Assembly (NCBI RefSeq): GCF_030684315.1 | Contig: NC_081366.1 | Span: 45,298,078-45,362,077 of the forward strand | Length of the DNA: 64,000 bases | From: Stegostoma tigrinum | Lineage: Eukaryota | Reading direction: 5' to 3' | Shown here: piece by piece, positions 27,512-39,870 of the stretch | How the letters are laid out: every line of letters starts with the position of its first letter | Numbering within the stretch: the first letter of the stretch is position 1 | Translations under genes and position numbers: made by a program | The notes under the pieces: model-generated | Database searches by the model: none | Seen by the model: the letters and a program-made list of their open reading frames with translations, nothing else | Told to the model about the DNA's origin: nothing

Positions 27512-27575
27512 GGTCTTTCCTGCTCCTCTGATGCTCCTTGGCCTGCTGTGCTCATCCAACTCTACACCTTGTCTA
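27512..27575 (+). mobile_element. PLE family A 3'-end fragment
   Basis: ctttcctgctcctctgatgctccttggcctgctgtgctcatccaactctacaccttgt. Confidence 0.7.
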
Positions 27576-27771
27576 AGCTAAGATTGAGATCGCTCACAAA
27601 ATAAAGCATCTTAAAACTTACAAACTGGCTTTACATTTTGAAGACTTTTTTTGCACATAAAGTCAATACCCACTAGAAAGAAAATTGTGATTTAAGTGGC
27701 AAATATCAAACATTAGTTTTCTTGCAAAGAAAACAAAAAAAAGTTAAAAACAGCCAAGAGAGAGATTATAC

Positions 27772-27869
27772 CTGTTTTGCAAAGGATGCTTCATATATGG
27801 TTGAACAATTAAGACATCCTTTCTAGAGGTCTTCTTAGTCTCTTCAGACTCTTGAATTGCCAGGGCAGC
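27772..27869 (-). CDS. EIF4E1B: eIF4E family member 1B, coding exon 2
   Basis: ttttaaag/gtataa borders. Translates AALAIQESEETKKTSRKDVLIVQPYMKHPLQN(R), with the conserved HPLQN motif. 98 nt. Confidence 0.9.
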
Positions 27870-28217
27870 CTTTAAAAATGCCAATGTTTAAAAAGTGAAT
27901 AAGCTAATGTGATTTAAGAATTATCATTGCATCTCAATTCATGGTAGTACAACCATAAGTTAAGAAATATTGACTCAAAACAAGATTTCATGCTTCAAAA
28001 TCAAAACTCAGAATGCCATACTGTACACAATTGGGAGATTGCTTCAAGAATTTTAACAGCTCTTGTAAGCAAAGATTCAACCACACTGTAGTCAACACAA
28101 AATCAAAATGACAAAGAGCAATCTCACGTCAGAGAAAATAAAATACTGTTCAAACCAAAAGAAAAGGAAAACGCAGATGTCAAAGAAGACATGCTGTCTA
28201 GAGGTCTTACATAAAGC

Positions 28218-29515
28218 ATAGAATGGTACAGCACAGTACAGGCTCTTCAGCCCACAACATTGTTCTGACCTATTAGCCTACTAAGATCAATCTACCCTGC
28301 ATTTTACTCTCCTCAATATGCCTATCCAAGAGTCACACAAGTCCCTAATGTATTGACCCCACTATCACTGCCAGCAGTGCATTCTACATGCCCACCACTC
28401 TGCGTGAAGAACCTACCTTTGACACTTGCACCGTACCTTCCTCCAATTACCTTAAAATTATGCTCCACCCTGGCAAAAAATCTGACTATCCACTGTCACT
28501 CATCTTATACACCTCGCATCCTTCACTCCAATGAAAAAAAAGCCCTAGCTCCCTCAACCTTTCCTCAAGACCTGCCCTCCAGTCCAGGCAGCATCCTGGT
28601 AAGTCTCCTCTGCACCCTCCCTAAAGCTTCCACATCTTTCCTATGTGGAAGTGACCGTAACTGAACACAATATTCCAGGTGTGGTCTAACCAGAGTTAGA
28701 TAGAGCCACAGCATAACCCCACAGCTCTTAAACTCAATTCCCCTGCCAAATGAAAGCCAACATATGTGATGCTTCTTGACAATCCCATCAACTTGGGTAG
28801 CAACTTTGTGGAATCTATGGACATAGACCTCAAGGTTCCTCTGTTCCTCCCCACTGCCAAGATTCCCACCATTAACCTGTATTCTGCATTCAAAAATCCA
28901 ACCTTCCAAAATGAAGCACTTCACACTTTCCTGGGTTGAATTCCATCTGCCACTTCTTTGCCCAACTCTGCATCCTGGCAATGTCCTGTTGCCACCTACA
29001 ATGGCCCTCCACCTGCCCACAACTCCAACTTTTTTGTCTCAAGCTTTCTAACCCACCCTTCCACTTCCCCATCCAAGTCATTGGTGATGATGGCAAAGAG
29101 AAGAGGCTCCAGAACAGATCCCTGCACAACACCTCTAGTCACCAAGCTCCAGGCTGAATACTTTCCATCTACTACCACCCTCGGTTTTCTATTGGACAGA
29201 AATTTTGTACACAGACAAGCTTCCCTGAATCCCATGCCTCCCTACTTTCTGAATGAGCCTACCATGGGGAACCTTATCAAATGCCTTGCCAGAATCCAAA
29301 TACACCACATCCACTGCTCTACCTTCGTCAATAGGTTTTGTCACATCCTCAAAGAATTCAATAAGGCTTGAGGCATGACCTGCCCATTACAAAGCTATGT
29401 TGACTATTTCTCATCAAAACTGTGCTTTTCCAAATAATCATAAGTACTATCTCAAAATCCTCTGCAATAAATTTGCCCACCACAGAAGCAAACTGATTGG
29501 TCTGTAATTTCTATC
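28218..29515 (-). mobile_element. CR1/HER1-type LINE ORF2 3' half
   Basis: NYRPISL, RVVVDGKYSAWSLVTRGVVQGSVLEPLLF, WAKKWQMEFNPGKCEVLHFGR and LVRPHLEYCVQ motifs across frameshifts. Confidence 0.9.
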
Positions 29516-29977
29516 TTTATTGTGCACCATACCCATAGGCCTGCAACTGTGAAGTGTCATTTTTGCCATAAAATTGTTTTTAATCTTAGCTTCTAAAGCT
29601 AAATAATCCAGTGAAATTGCATTGCTGCAGCCACAAAATGAAGACTTCCAACAAAAGTATGGAAACAACGTTCCAACTACAGAATGTGGGACATCTCAAA
29701 TTATTGCATTTAAGGTGATAAAGTTTAACATATACCACCAGGATGACAGAGGAGGGGGAAAAAGACTGGAAGGGTGAAGATAGACAGGTTGTGAACTATC
29801 TCTGAATATAAATCCAGTGTTGAAATGCTCCATAACTGTAGCAGGAGCATTTATAGTATTACCTTTCCTCTCATGGAAGATTGAATTACCAAACCTACTT
29901 CTCAGTTTTAATCTGAACATTTAAAGTTAACTTGATTTCACATTAAGAATTAAAACCAATCAGCTGGTCAGAGCATC

Positions 29978-30515
29978 ATATAACATGGAAGCAGGCCTTT
30001 TGGTCCAAATAGTTCATGCTGACTATGTTCCCAAACTAAGCTTGTCCAATTTATCTGCTTTTGGCCCATATCCCACCAAAACTCTTATTCATGAGCTTAT
30101 CCCAATGTCTTTTGAGTGTTGTAATTGCACCTACATCCACCACTACTTCTAGCAGTTCATTCCACACAGGAACCACACCAACTGGAGACAAAAGTTGCCT
30201 ACATCCACCCATGTCATTTTTTTAAAATCTCTCCTCTCACCTTAAATGGCTGCTAGCTTTAAATTGCCCCACCCTGGGAAAAGGCTTTTGCTGTTCACCA
30301 TATCTATGCCCCTTTAAACCTTTGGGAGCTCACCCCCTCAACCTCCAAAGCTGCAACATAAAAGAAAAGTCCCAGCTTATTTTTAATAACTCAAACCCTC
30401 CATTCCCAGTAACATCCCAATTATGCTTTTTCCCAAACCCTCTCCAGTTCAATATTGTCCATCCCAAAACAGGGCAAACAGAACTCCAGAGTTCTCCAGT
30501 TGTCTGCACCCAATA
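29978..30515 (-). mobile_element. CR1-type LINE 3' fragment
   Basis: Reverse-complement similarity to 5420-6020 and 57750-58345. Confidence 0.7.
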
Positions 30516-31020
30516 AATTTGAGTTGTACTCAATGTGCTAGTCTAATTTGACACAGTAAGTGTGCTGAATGTGTGGATCCGAGGCTTGTTCTAACCACAG
30601 AACTTAAGTGTTTGTTAAAAAAAACCTAGAAGATAAAGCAGAAGAGGATGGGTTTATTTTAACGAGTTCCATTTAAAAAGTTAGATATTTTTAAACTATT
30701 CCCTGCTCGACTCCACCCAAAATTTAGAGAATGCAAAAAGGAGAAACGTGTACCAAAAGGGGAAAAAACCCTCAAAAATAAAATCACTGAAGTAAAATTA
30801 CATTCTCAAGATTCAAATACTCCGGGGAGGGGGGGGGTCGCTAAACTTCGAGGAAATTAAAATGTAGCGGCAAAAAGAAAATCTGCTCACAAATTGAAAA
30901 GAAAGTGCAATGCGAGATCATTTGGAATGCTGGCTTAAAGCTATTTCCCAATTTAAACACAATCACTCACTCGCCAAGCTGGGCCAAACCACCACGCCAA
31001 ACAAAGCAAAACTCGCTCAC

Positions 31021-31038
31021 CGGCTTTGCTTTCGCCAT
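31021..31038 (-). CDS. EIF4E1B: eIF4E family member 1B, coding exon 1
   Basis: gatATGGCGAAAGCAAAGCCG|gtgagc = MAKAKP, 18 nt phase 0, the same size as the MATVEP exon of EIF4E. Locally CpG-enriched. The seven exons sum to 645 nt = 214 aa + stop. Confidence 0.8.
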
Positions 31039-32456
31039 ATCGAAAGGAGAAACCTGCAAATCACTTGATCAATCCCCAATTTATCGGGTGAATTAATTAC
31101 CTGTTAAAGAGACCCGATTCCAAATGTGCTGTCTGATTTAAGAATGGTAAGATATGTCATTACACATCCGAACAGTTTGAATTAAAGCAAATAGGATCCC
31201 AAAAATCATCCTCCAAATTGTAATAAATCATCTAATGCTTCCGTGTTTTGACCTGGGTTCGCCTGATTTTAGCACGATGAACCTAATAAGTTATGTGGTA
31301 AATCTTCCAACTTATTTGTGAAGATTTTCAATAGAGAAAAATTTTCTGGTAGAAAAGTTGCTTATAAAGGACAATGAGACAATTAAACACATGAAGAAGC
31401 ACTTAAAGGTCTAAACAGTAATATTTTAATGCATATTTTAATATTTTCAGCTGTTTTGGGGTAATTAACATCCTATGAAATCACAATGAATGGCATAATC
31501 AATGTGTAGTCAAGAAACAAATTCTTGTGCTAGTCAGTGAAACAGTCCAGTTATTATATATTCCCATTAAATGACTGGAAAAGAAGATTTAGATTGAAGG
31601 TTGTTGCAAGAAAGGCCATTACCAGTGACAAGCAAGCAGTCAATAGTTAGAGACATGGATTTGAAGGAGGGGTAAAATGAGGGTTTCAAAGTGAAACTGC
31701 AGGCTGAATATTCCCATCCCGTGATTGCAGATGGAAAAAGACCAATCATTTGAGAAAATACGGCAGAATTAGAAAAATGAGATTGTCAACTTCAAGAAAA
31801 AGATCTGATTTTTCTTCACCTTTTAGGTGAAAGAATCTCTCACTAGTGAGTTGTGAGAGGCCTATTTTCAACATGTTAAAATCTCATTATTATCTATTCT
31901 TATTTTATTTACATACAGTGTGCCATTCACAAGTGTGGTGGAGAGAAACTAGACAGTGACAATACCCCGACATAAAAGTCAGAGAGGAACCTAATGGGTC
32001 AAGTTCACCTTTTGCACCCCTTGCCTCCATCCTGCCCAGTTTTCTGCAATATCACAGGGCATGGTCCACGGGTAGCAACCTCATGCATCCTCTATTCAGT
32101 AAGGTTGGCAGTAAAGATGCATCAGCATCACCGCAACATCATGGCACATCTCCGATTCATTTCGAATACAGTTATCTACTTCAATATTGCACTTTGTAGC
32201 GCATAGACACCTTGCTGTGTCATGCTGTTGGGAAAGCATTCATCTCATTGAATCAAGCAGAGGGCATTTCGGGGGTCTTAGCTTGCTCTTTTAGCACTTA
32301 GTTACTTTGCACTTACTTATAGAATCTCAGTTTTGCCTATCCTTGCCTTTTTTTGCAAATTGGTGCCTCAGTCAGAACTTACAAGTCTTGCCTATTAGGG
32401 CAGACATAAAACCAGCAGTTTATCATATTTGCACGCAATGATCAAGGGGATAGGTG

Positions 32457-32703
32457 TGTTGATGTATGGAGTAAAAACAGAAATTGTTGAAAAATTTCAG
32501 CAGGTCTGTCAGCATCTGTAGAGAGAAATCAGACTTAACGTTTCAGGTCCAGTGAACCTTCTAAAGATCACTGGATCTAAAACATTAACTCTGATTTCTC
32601 TGCACAGTTGATACCAGACTTGCTGAACTTTTCTAGCAATTTCTGTTTCTGTTTTTGATTTACAACATCTGCAGTTCTTTCAGTTTTTCATGTTGTTGTA
32701 TGG
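32457..32703. mobile_element. Palindromic PLE-derived insertion (family B) with TSD
   Basis: Arms aaaacagaaattgttgaaaaatttcagcaggtctg... and ...ccagacttgctgaactttt ctagcaatttctgttt. Flanked by tgttg(a/t)tgtatgg at 32457-32469 and 32691-32703. Confidence 0.8.
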
Positions 32704-33874
32704 TACCATGCTACGTCAATGTCATACCTACAGTACAGGGCAACAGTTTACATGGCAAATATACTGCCATTTAAACTAATGGCCATTCCTCAAAGTCTCA
32801 GGGAACTACTCAGTCGGATCAAGAGGGATAGTGAATAGTCTGGGGTTACTGCCAAAGTAAGTCAAGGGTATCATCCAATTTAAGTCCAGAGGCTTGGACA
32901 CAGTGAGTTGATTGGTTGAGACATTCAGGAACAATGGTTTTGTTTCATTGCTGTCTGAGCAATGTGCCATAATCATCCAAGTGGGTTCAGTGCAATCAGT
33001 CAGGAGATTAATAGGAGGTCAGTTGGGGAGCTTCACAGAGATCAATCAGGAGTCTGCTACTTATTAGTCAGGTCTGTCCTTTCAAGTAGTGTAAGCCACT
33101 CTCAACACTGAGCAATGATATGACATTATACTAGACTGAGCATTAGGGAAAGGGTAGCACTCCGTTAGAGTTTAACATGATGTATTGCTAAGGTGGGTAG
33201 TCTGTGTAGCTTTAATCTTCTAGCTGTAAATCTGGTGAAGTATCATCCATGCCACTTATGTACCTTTTCTCTTTTTTATTCGCTCCCTCTACGTGTACAG
33301 TGAATGGATATTTGTGGCTGGCAGAAACTGAACTGGCACAAAGCTGGGCTTCAAAAAGGGCATCATCAGTGAGCATCCTGGAGAGTCCCAGCAGTGTGGA
33401 GTTCTTCAACCAGTGGTGAGTGAAGACAAGCCACAAGAGGTGCTACAGAGGAGTGGTGCATATGTAATAATGTTAGCTGTGGAGACTTGCATAAGATATC
33501 TCACTGGAACTCACTGAGAGAAACTATCTAAAAATCTCCCGAATTTGACCGTTTGCCGATTTGTTTGGTAAGATTTAGCTTTACAGGCTATGACTATTGG
33601 TACTGTTATGCACAATACACACAGGTATCCTTGAAGCAGGTTGCACATGCTTTCCATGCAAAGCTCATGTTAATATTTCTGTATGATTAGGAGGAAAGTA
33701 ACAGCTAGCTTCAAGCTATTTCTGGGGAGCTAGACATACCCTGCATTCTTCTGTGGCCCCTCCTCTCCTTCATCCAAAAAGCATCGGTGGAGGTAAATGT
33801 GGTACCTTTTAAAACTTCACCACCTGTACCTTGGATTTCCTAAAACAATTATGGTGGTCGACTTTAAGATTTTA

Positions 33875-34712
33875 GCAGACTTGCTCACTGATCTGGTTTG
33901 TTTTCATTCAGAGGTTTCATCACCATGCTAGGTAACATCATCAGTGAGTCCTCCAATGAAGTGATGTTGTTCCACTCCACTTGGAATTTATACTGTCTGG
34001 TCCGTTATGGTGAGTAGTGTCATTTCCGGTTTTGTTATGTATGGGTTTGTAAATAGGGTCCAATTCTATATGCTCAATGATTGCATTATGGGTTGAGAAA
34101 CATGCCTCTAGGAATTCCCACGCGTATCTATGTTTGGCTTGGGCTACGTGGTTATGTTGTCCCAGTTAAACTGATGGCCTTTATTGTTTGAGTGTACTTA
34201 TATTAAGTGTGTACTATCTACAAGATCCACCTCAGAAATTCACCTTTCCCACAACACGCAGAACCAACGTAGCTTGCAAAATACCATGGAACGACTGCCA
34301 GAAACATTACAGTGGACAGACAAGAATGAAACTAGCCATCAGAATACACAAACAGCAACCAGCAGCAAACTGGCACAGCAAACTTTCCTTAACATCAGTA
34401 CACTTGGACAATGAACGCCATCAGTTTAATTGGGACAATGTGACCATAGAAGCCGAGGTCAAACATAGACATACACAGGGATTCCAAGAGGCATGCATGT
34501 CAATCCCTAAAGGAATCAAAAAACATATAGAATTGGACCCCATATACAAACACATACAGAACAAAACCAGAAATGACACTACTCACTGTAACAGACAGTA
34601 TAAATTCCAAGGAGAGTAAAACAACATTGCTTCATCAGAGGTCTCACTGATGACATTTCCTAGCATGGTGACGAAACGTCTGAATGAAAACAAACCAGTT
34701 CAGTGCTAGACT
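33875..34712. mobile_element. Penelope-like element with GIY-YIG fragment, inverted two-arm insertion
   Basis: ORF 34188..34619 has NVACKIPWNDCQKHYSGQTRMKLAIRIHKQ...HQFNWDNVTI (decayed GIY-YIG). 33880-34180 is the reverse complement of about 34415-34705. Confidence 0.85.
34644..34683 (+). ncRNA. Minimal hammerhead ribozyme motif in a PLE 3' end (mirror copy on the minus strand at 33908-33947)
   Basis: tca-CTGATGA-stem II-GAAAC-GTC-tga. Stem I is tca/tga. Combining the two copies gives stem II gttacc/ggtgac. Confidence 0.6.
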
Positions 34713-34939
34713 TCTTGACCAAGAACAAAACAAAACACAAAATATCCTTTAAATTCATTTTAAATTCTTATTCTTGGTTCTATAAAGGCATACCTTAAGC
34801 ACCACATATGCACAGCTACCAATGTTCATATTATGTGGGCAGGTATTATAACGATTCTTTTGGCATTGTATGAATCACTGGAGGTTAATTCTGTTGGTGA
34901 ATTCATTTAGGATCAAAATACATTTTTTCTTGGGGCACA

Positions 34940-35455
34940 ATTCAGGAATGAGATGGAATATTCCCACTTGTCTGGATGAGTGCAGCCCCAACAAGACACA
35001 AGAAGCTTGATACTATCCAGAACCAAGCAGCCCGCTAGATTGGCACTGCATCCACAAGCATCCACTCCTTCCACTACTGATGCTCAGTGGCAGCAGTGTG
35101 TACTATATACAAGATCCACCTCAGAAATTCAACATAAATCCTCAAACAGCACCTTCCAAACCCATGACCACTTCCATTTAGAAGGAGAAGGGTAGCAGAT
35201 ATCTGGGACCACCACCACCTTCAAGTTCCCCTCCAAGCCACTCATCATCCTGACTTGGACATGTATCACCATTCCTTCACTGTCACTGGGTCAAAATCCT
35301 GGAATTCCCTCCTTATAATGGCATTGTGGTCAACTCACAGCAGGTGGACTACCACAGCTCAAGAAGGTAGTACACCAAGAACTTCTCGAAAGCAACTAGG
35401 GAAAGGCAATAAATGGTAGCCAGCCAATGATGCCCACATCCCAATAAATGAATAA
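34940..35455 (+). mobile_element. LINE (CR1/L2 clade) 3' end
   Basis: Homologous to 2390-2875. Ends gatgcccacatccc..aatgaataaaa. Confidence 0.7.
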
Positions 35456-36180
35456 AATTATATATGAGTAACACCAGTGCTTGTTACCTAGTTCTAGATT
35501 TTCTGTGGACACTAAGAGTTAACCATATCGTGTGGGATCGGTCACACATAGGTCATGCCAGGTAAGTTAAGTTTCTTTTCTTAGGGATATTAATGAATTG
35601 CGTTCAATACTTATGACAGTAGTATTTACAGTGATTTTCTGATTCTAGCCTACAAATTACCAAATGGATTTCAATTTCACAATTTAGTGGCCTGGGAGGA
35701 ATATGAATTATAAATTCTTTAGTTTGTCTAGTCAAGTACCATAACTGCTAAGTGCTTTTCCCACTAAAAAAAACTCCAAATGAAAATTGGTTGAAATGTA
35801 ACAGATCTGGGCCAGTTTTTCTGATTGGCTATCCATACCCACTTCACATATATTGACATTGGAAAATATTCCTTAGCTTGTCACACAAGCTATTTGGCAG
35901 TATATAATGAGACAGACTGTCAGCCATGGCTTAGGTTGACCTTTATCAGAAGGTCAATCTTTCTTCAGACACTTGAGAAAGCTGGCACTAAGGCTGTTAC
36001 TTCAGCACTGAAGGAATAATGTACAGTTAGAAGTGAGTCTTTCAGATTAGATGCAGACACAAAATAGTCTATGATATTATTTCAAAGCAAAACAGAGATG
36101 ACCAGGCTCCTTTTCTCTTGTTTTCATTGATCAAATGTGAATGTCAATGCTAAAGGTATAATCTTATCAACAAAATAATT

Positions 36181-36360
36181 AGATTAAATTCATGGAGATA
36201 GTAGGAACTGCTGATACTGGCGAATCTGAGATAACATGGTGTGAAGCTGGATGAACGCAGCAAGCCCAGCAGCATCAGAGGAGCAGGAAAGTTTGACATT
36301 TCGGGTCGAGACCCTAAGCGTCAAACCTTCCTGCTCCTCTGATGCAGATTAAATTTATGA
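36181..36360. mobile_element. PLE family A insertion with a short inverted second arm and TSD
   Basis: gcatcagaggagcaggaaagtttgac pairs with gtcaaaccttcctgctcctctgatgc. Flanked by agattaaatt(c/t)atg. Confidence 0.75.
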
Positions 36361-37154
36361 TTGGTTTTTCAACATAAAGATTTACTTGATCCCTCAGAAA
36401 CACCAGTACAATAATCTGCAACTCAGGCAAAATAGATTGTAATTTGAAGGGTTTTTGACATGGGAAATCACAGAGAGAAAGTGAATAGAGGAAGGTACTC
36501 ATGGATCCAGCTCACTGGGGAATGAGCTTAGCTCCTTGCTCTGCTAAAGAGAGTATCAATGACGACTTTGGGGACCTAGCTTTTAAAATAAACTTCTATG
36601 TGTGCTTGTAACTGTGTAAAGTGCTACAAAGTGTATTGGAGAACTGCTGCAAAATTTCACGGAATATGGAAAGTTTGCTTTCAACTTGTGTTATGTTCTA
36701 TTGCAAGATATCAAAACTCTGCAATGTTGAAGGCGACCTCAGCCTAGTTAATATAAGTATAAAATTGCACAGATGTACCATGAGATCAAATGATTGATTA
36801 ACATAGTGGTAAATGCTTGTTATCCAAGGCAGGTGTGAGCATCTTTCAAAGCAACCTAAACGCCTGCTCTTTCAACCTAAATAGGAAAGAACAGAGTCCT
36901 TTCTAAATGGTTTCGTGACTGTGTTGATGGATTGCTGGGTCTCTAACATTCCACTATACTGCAAATCAGTGGGTTGGATGATGGATGTTTTACACATTGC
37001 CACTCCTGGCCCCCAGGTAATCTCTAATGAGAAGCTGCCAGGGAGCTGGACGCCTAGGTAAGGGTTAAGGGGAAGGTGAAACATAACGTGGGAGCAAATT
37101 GTTGCAGATGCTGTGAACTGTAGTGAAAAAAAACAAATGCTGGAGATCACACAA

Positions 37155-37700
37155 ATTTCAAAATTTGTTGATAATATCAAATTTGGAGGAGTGGTAAACA
37201 GAGACCATGGTCTCAAACAATACAACAGAATCTAGATAAGCCAGTAGAATTTGCAGATATATGGCATGTGAAATTTAATATAGACAAATGTGAAGTGATA
37301 TATTGTGACAAAAGGGATGGAAAGAGGCAACGGTGAAAAGAGTGTCCAACGACAGACAGACCTGAGGATGCCTGTACAAGGATATTTAAGGCATCAGGTT
37401 GTATTGGGAGAATGATAAGCAAAATATATGAGATCCTGGACTTCATTAAAGATATTGACTTCAAAAGCAGGGAAGTTATGATAAACTTTTTTAAAAAATG
37501 TCTTGTTTGACCACAGCTAGAGTATTGTATCTAGTTTTATAAGAAAGATATGAGGGTCTTTGAGAGGGTGTTGAGGAGAAATACCAGAATGGCTCCAGGG
37601 AAAGGTATTTTTATCCACACAATTAAATTGTAGAAGCTGGAGCTTTTAACTTTATACATTGAAAGGGAGCTTTCATAGGTGTAGACCATTACCAAGTTAA
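37155..37700 (+). mobile_element. CR1-type LINE fragment (left member of an inverted pair)
   Basis: KFVDNIKFGGVV, WHVKFNIDKCEV and LEYCI motifs. Confidence 0.75.
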
Positions 37701-37714
37701 GTGATTAACTACAT

Positions 37715-37922
37715 CTGAACAATCAATATCTTTTCACCCCCAGCACGCTTCACCCTACCACCCCGTCACATTACCCCCACCCCAAACTGTAGCATAAATG
37801 CTGCCCCCTCCACGCTTCACTTCAGTTCTGATGAGGAGTCATCTAGACATGAAACATTGGCTTCCTCTCTCTCCATGGATGCTGCCTGGGGCATGTGATC
37901 TCCGGCCTTTGTTGTTTTCAGA
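37715..37922 (+). mobile_element. PLE-type 3' end with decayed hammerhead core
   Basis: gtt-CTGATGA-ggagtcatctagacat-GAAAC-att-ggc at 37825-37861, followed by a gatgctgcctg tail. Confidence 0.6.
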
Positions 37923-38289
37923 GGGTGACGGATACATGGAGAACTAATGTAGAAGTGCTCCTCTTGTGTGAAATGGCTCCTTTCCTCAACTGTCAACAAT
38001 CAGTCTGGACATTTGGTTAAGATATATTTTATCAAAGGCAAAGTAACAATGGCAGCCAGAAGAGTTCTTAAGTTGACATATGATGGCCAAAAGTTTGGTG
38101 GACAACTCAGCCTTCTCCTCTTCCCAGTTAAATGCTACCAAAGGTTAATGACCAGGCATAGCATCAATAGTATGCATTTTCTGCCTGCCAGCTGCTTCTG
38201 AGAAGCTGTGAAATTCCACCCTTCAAATCTATCCCTTCTACCATAAGCCAATGGCAACATTTTTTTCTTTGTCTGCTTTCTGAACCTGG

Positions 38290-39075
38290 GGTAACTGTCT
38301 ACACCTATCAAATCTCCCTTTCAATTTCTAAAGAGAACAGCCCCAGCTTAGTCATGTGGATAAAAAAATCATTTCCATAGACCCATTCTGGTAAATCTCC
38401 TCAACACCCTCTCAAAGACCCTCACATCTGTCTTAACGAACTGAATACAATGCTCTAGTTGTGGTCAAAAGGGTTTTATAAAGGTTCATCATAACTTCCC
38501 TGCTTTTGAACTCAATATCTTTAATGAGGTCCAGGATCTCATATATTTTGCTAATCATCCTCCAATATATGCTGACACCTTAAATATCCTTGTACATGCA
38601 TCCTCAGGTCTGTCTGTCATTGGACTCTCTTTATACCCGTTGCCCCTTTCCATCCTTCTACCCAAATGCATCACCTCACATTTCTCTATGTTAAATTCCA
38701 CATACTACATATCTACAAATTCGGCTGGCTTATCTGGATTCTGTTGTAATGTTTCATATCACAGTGTCTGTTCACCACTCCTCCAAATTTGATATTACCA
38801 GCAAATTTTGAAATTTTGCTTTGTATTCCCTGTAATTGATATATGAAAAACCTGTTGTCTTCACAATGACCCTTGGAAAACATCACTGTCTACCACTATC
38901 TTGTATGAAAAATAATCATTTTCTATGACTCACTATTTTCTCTCTTTAAGTCATTTTCTTATCCAAGCTGACAGAGACCTTCCAATTTCATGAACCACAA
39001 TTTTGTCAACTAACCTTTTATGTGTACTTTGTCAAATGCTTTCAAAGAACTTATAAAGACAATGACCATTGCATT
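38290..39075 (-). mobile_element. CR1-type LINE fragment (right member of an inverted pair)
   Basis: 38350-38815 is the reverse complement of about 37155-37620. Confidence 0.75.
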
Positions 39076-39089
39076 TTTTTCATTAAATA

Positions 39090-39870
39090 TAGTGTAGTCA
39101 AATTTGCAGATAAGATAACAATAGATTGAATGGCAAGTAGAGAGAGGGATACAAATAGTTTAAAGAGATGTATTGATCAGTTCGGTAAGTGATCAAAAAG
39201 TTGGCAAATGGAGTATATTTTGGGAAAACGTAAAGTTGCTTGGAAAGGAGCTGAAAAGAACACAGTACTATTTAGATGGAGAAAAATTGCAGAAAGCAGT
39301 AATACAAAAGGATTTGGGGATGGTTCTGCACAAAATAAGGAATGCTAGCACACAGGTACATCAGGCAATCGGGAAGGCTGATCGAATGTTGGCCCTTCTC
39401 AAGGGATTTGGATTATAAGAGTAGGGCAGTCAAACAGGTTGGAACTCTATTCACTGGAGTTTAGAAGAATGAGAGGTGATTTTATTGAAATATTTAGCAT
39501 TCTCAAGGGGCTCAACAGGGTAAATGTTGAGAGGATGTTTCCCCATCATGGGAGAGACAAGGAGCAGAGGGTATAGTCTCAGAATAAGGAAATGCCAGTT
39601 TAAGACTGAGATGAGGAGGAATTTCTTCTCTCAGATGGTTGAGAGTCCTTAGAACTCCATATCACAGAGAGCAGTGGGCACAAATTCCTTGTGTATATTT
39701 AAGGCTGAGACTGATAAATTATTGCTTAATAGAGGAATCAATAGCTGCTGGGAAACTAGATGAAACTAGACATGAGGAATGTCGGATTAGGCATGATCCT
39801 ATTAAATGGTGGAGCAAGATTCGAGAGGATGCATGCGTACTCCTGTTTCTGTTTCTTATGGTCTTATGAT
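39090..39870 (+). mobile_element. CR1-type LINE 3' fragment with internal deletion
   Basis: KFAD motif, QKDLGMV, RNFFSQ and a 3' tail tttcttatggtcttatg. Confidence 0.75.

Noticed and set aside
31054-31100. 47-nt GT-AG mini-intron in the EIF4E1B 5' UTR
   Set aside because: Below the usual vertebrate minimum intron size.
31900-33850. Possible decayed DNA-transposon coding remnant
   Set aside because: Only vague motif resemblance; I could not support a family assignment.
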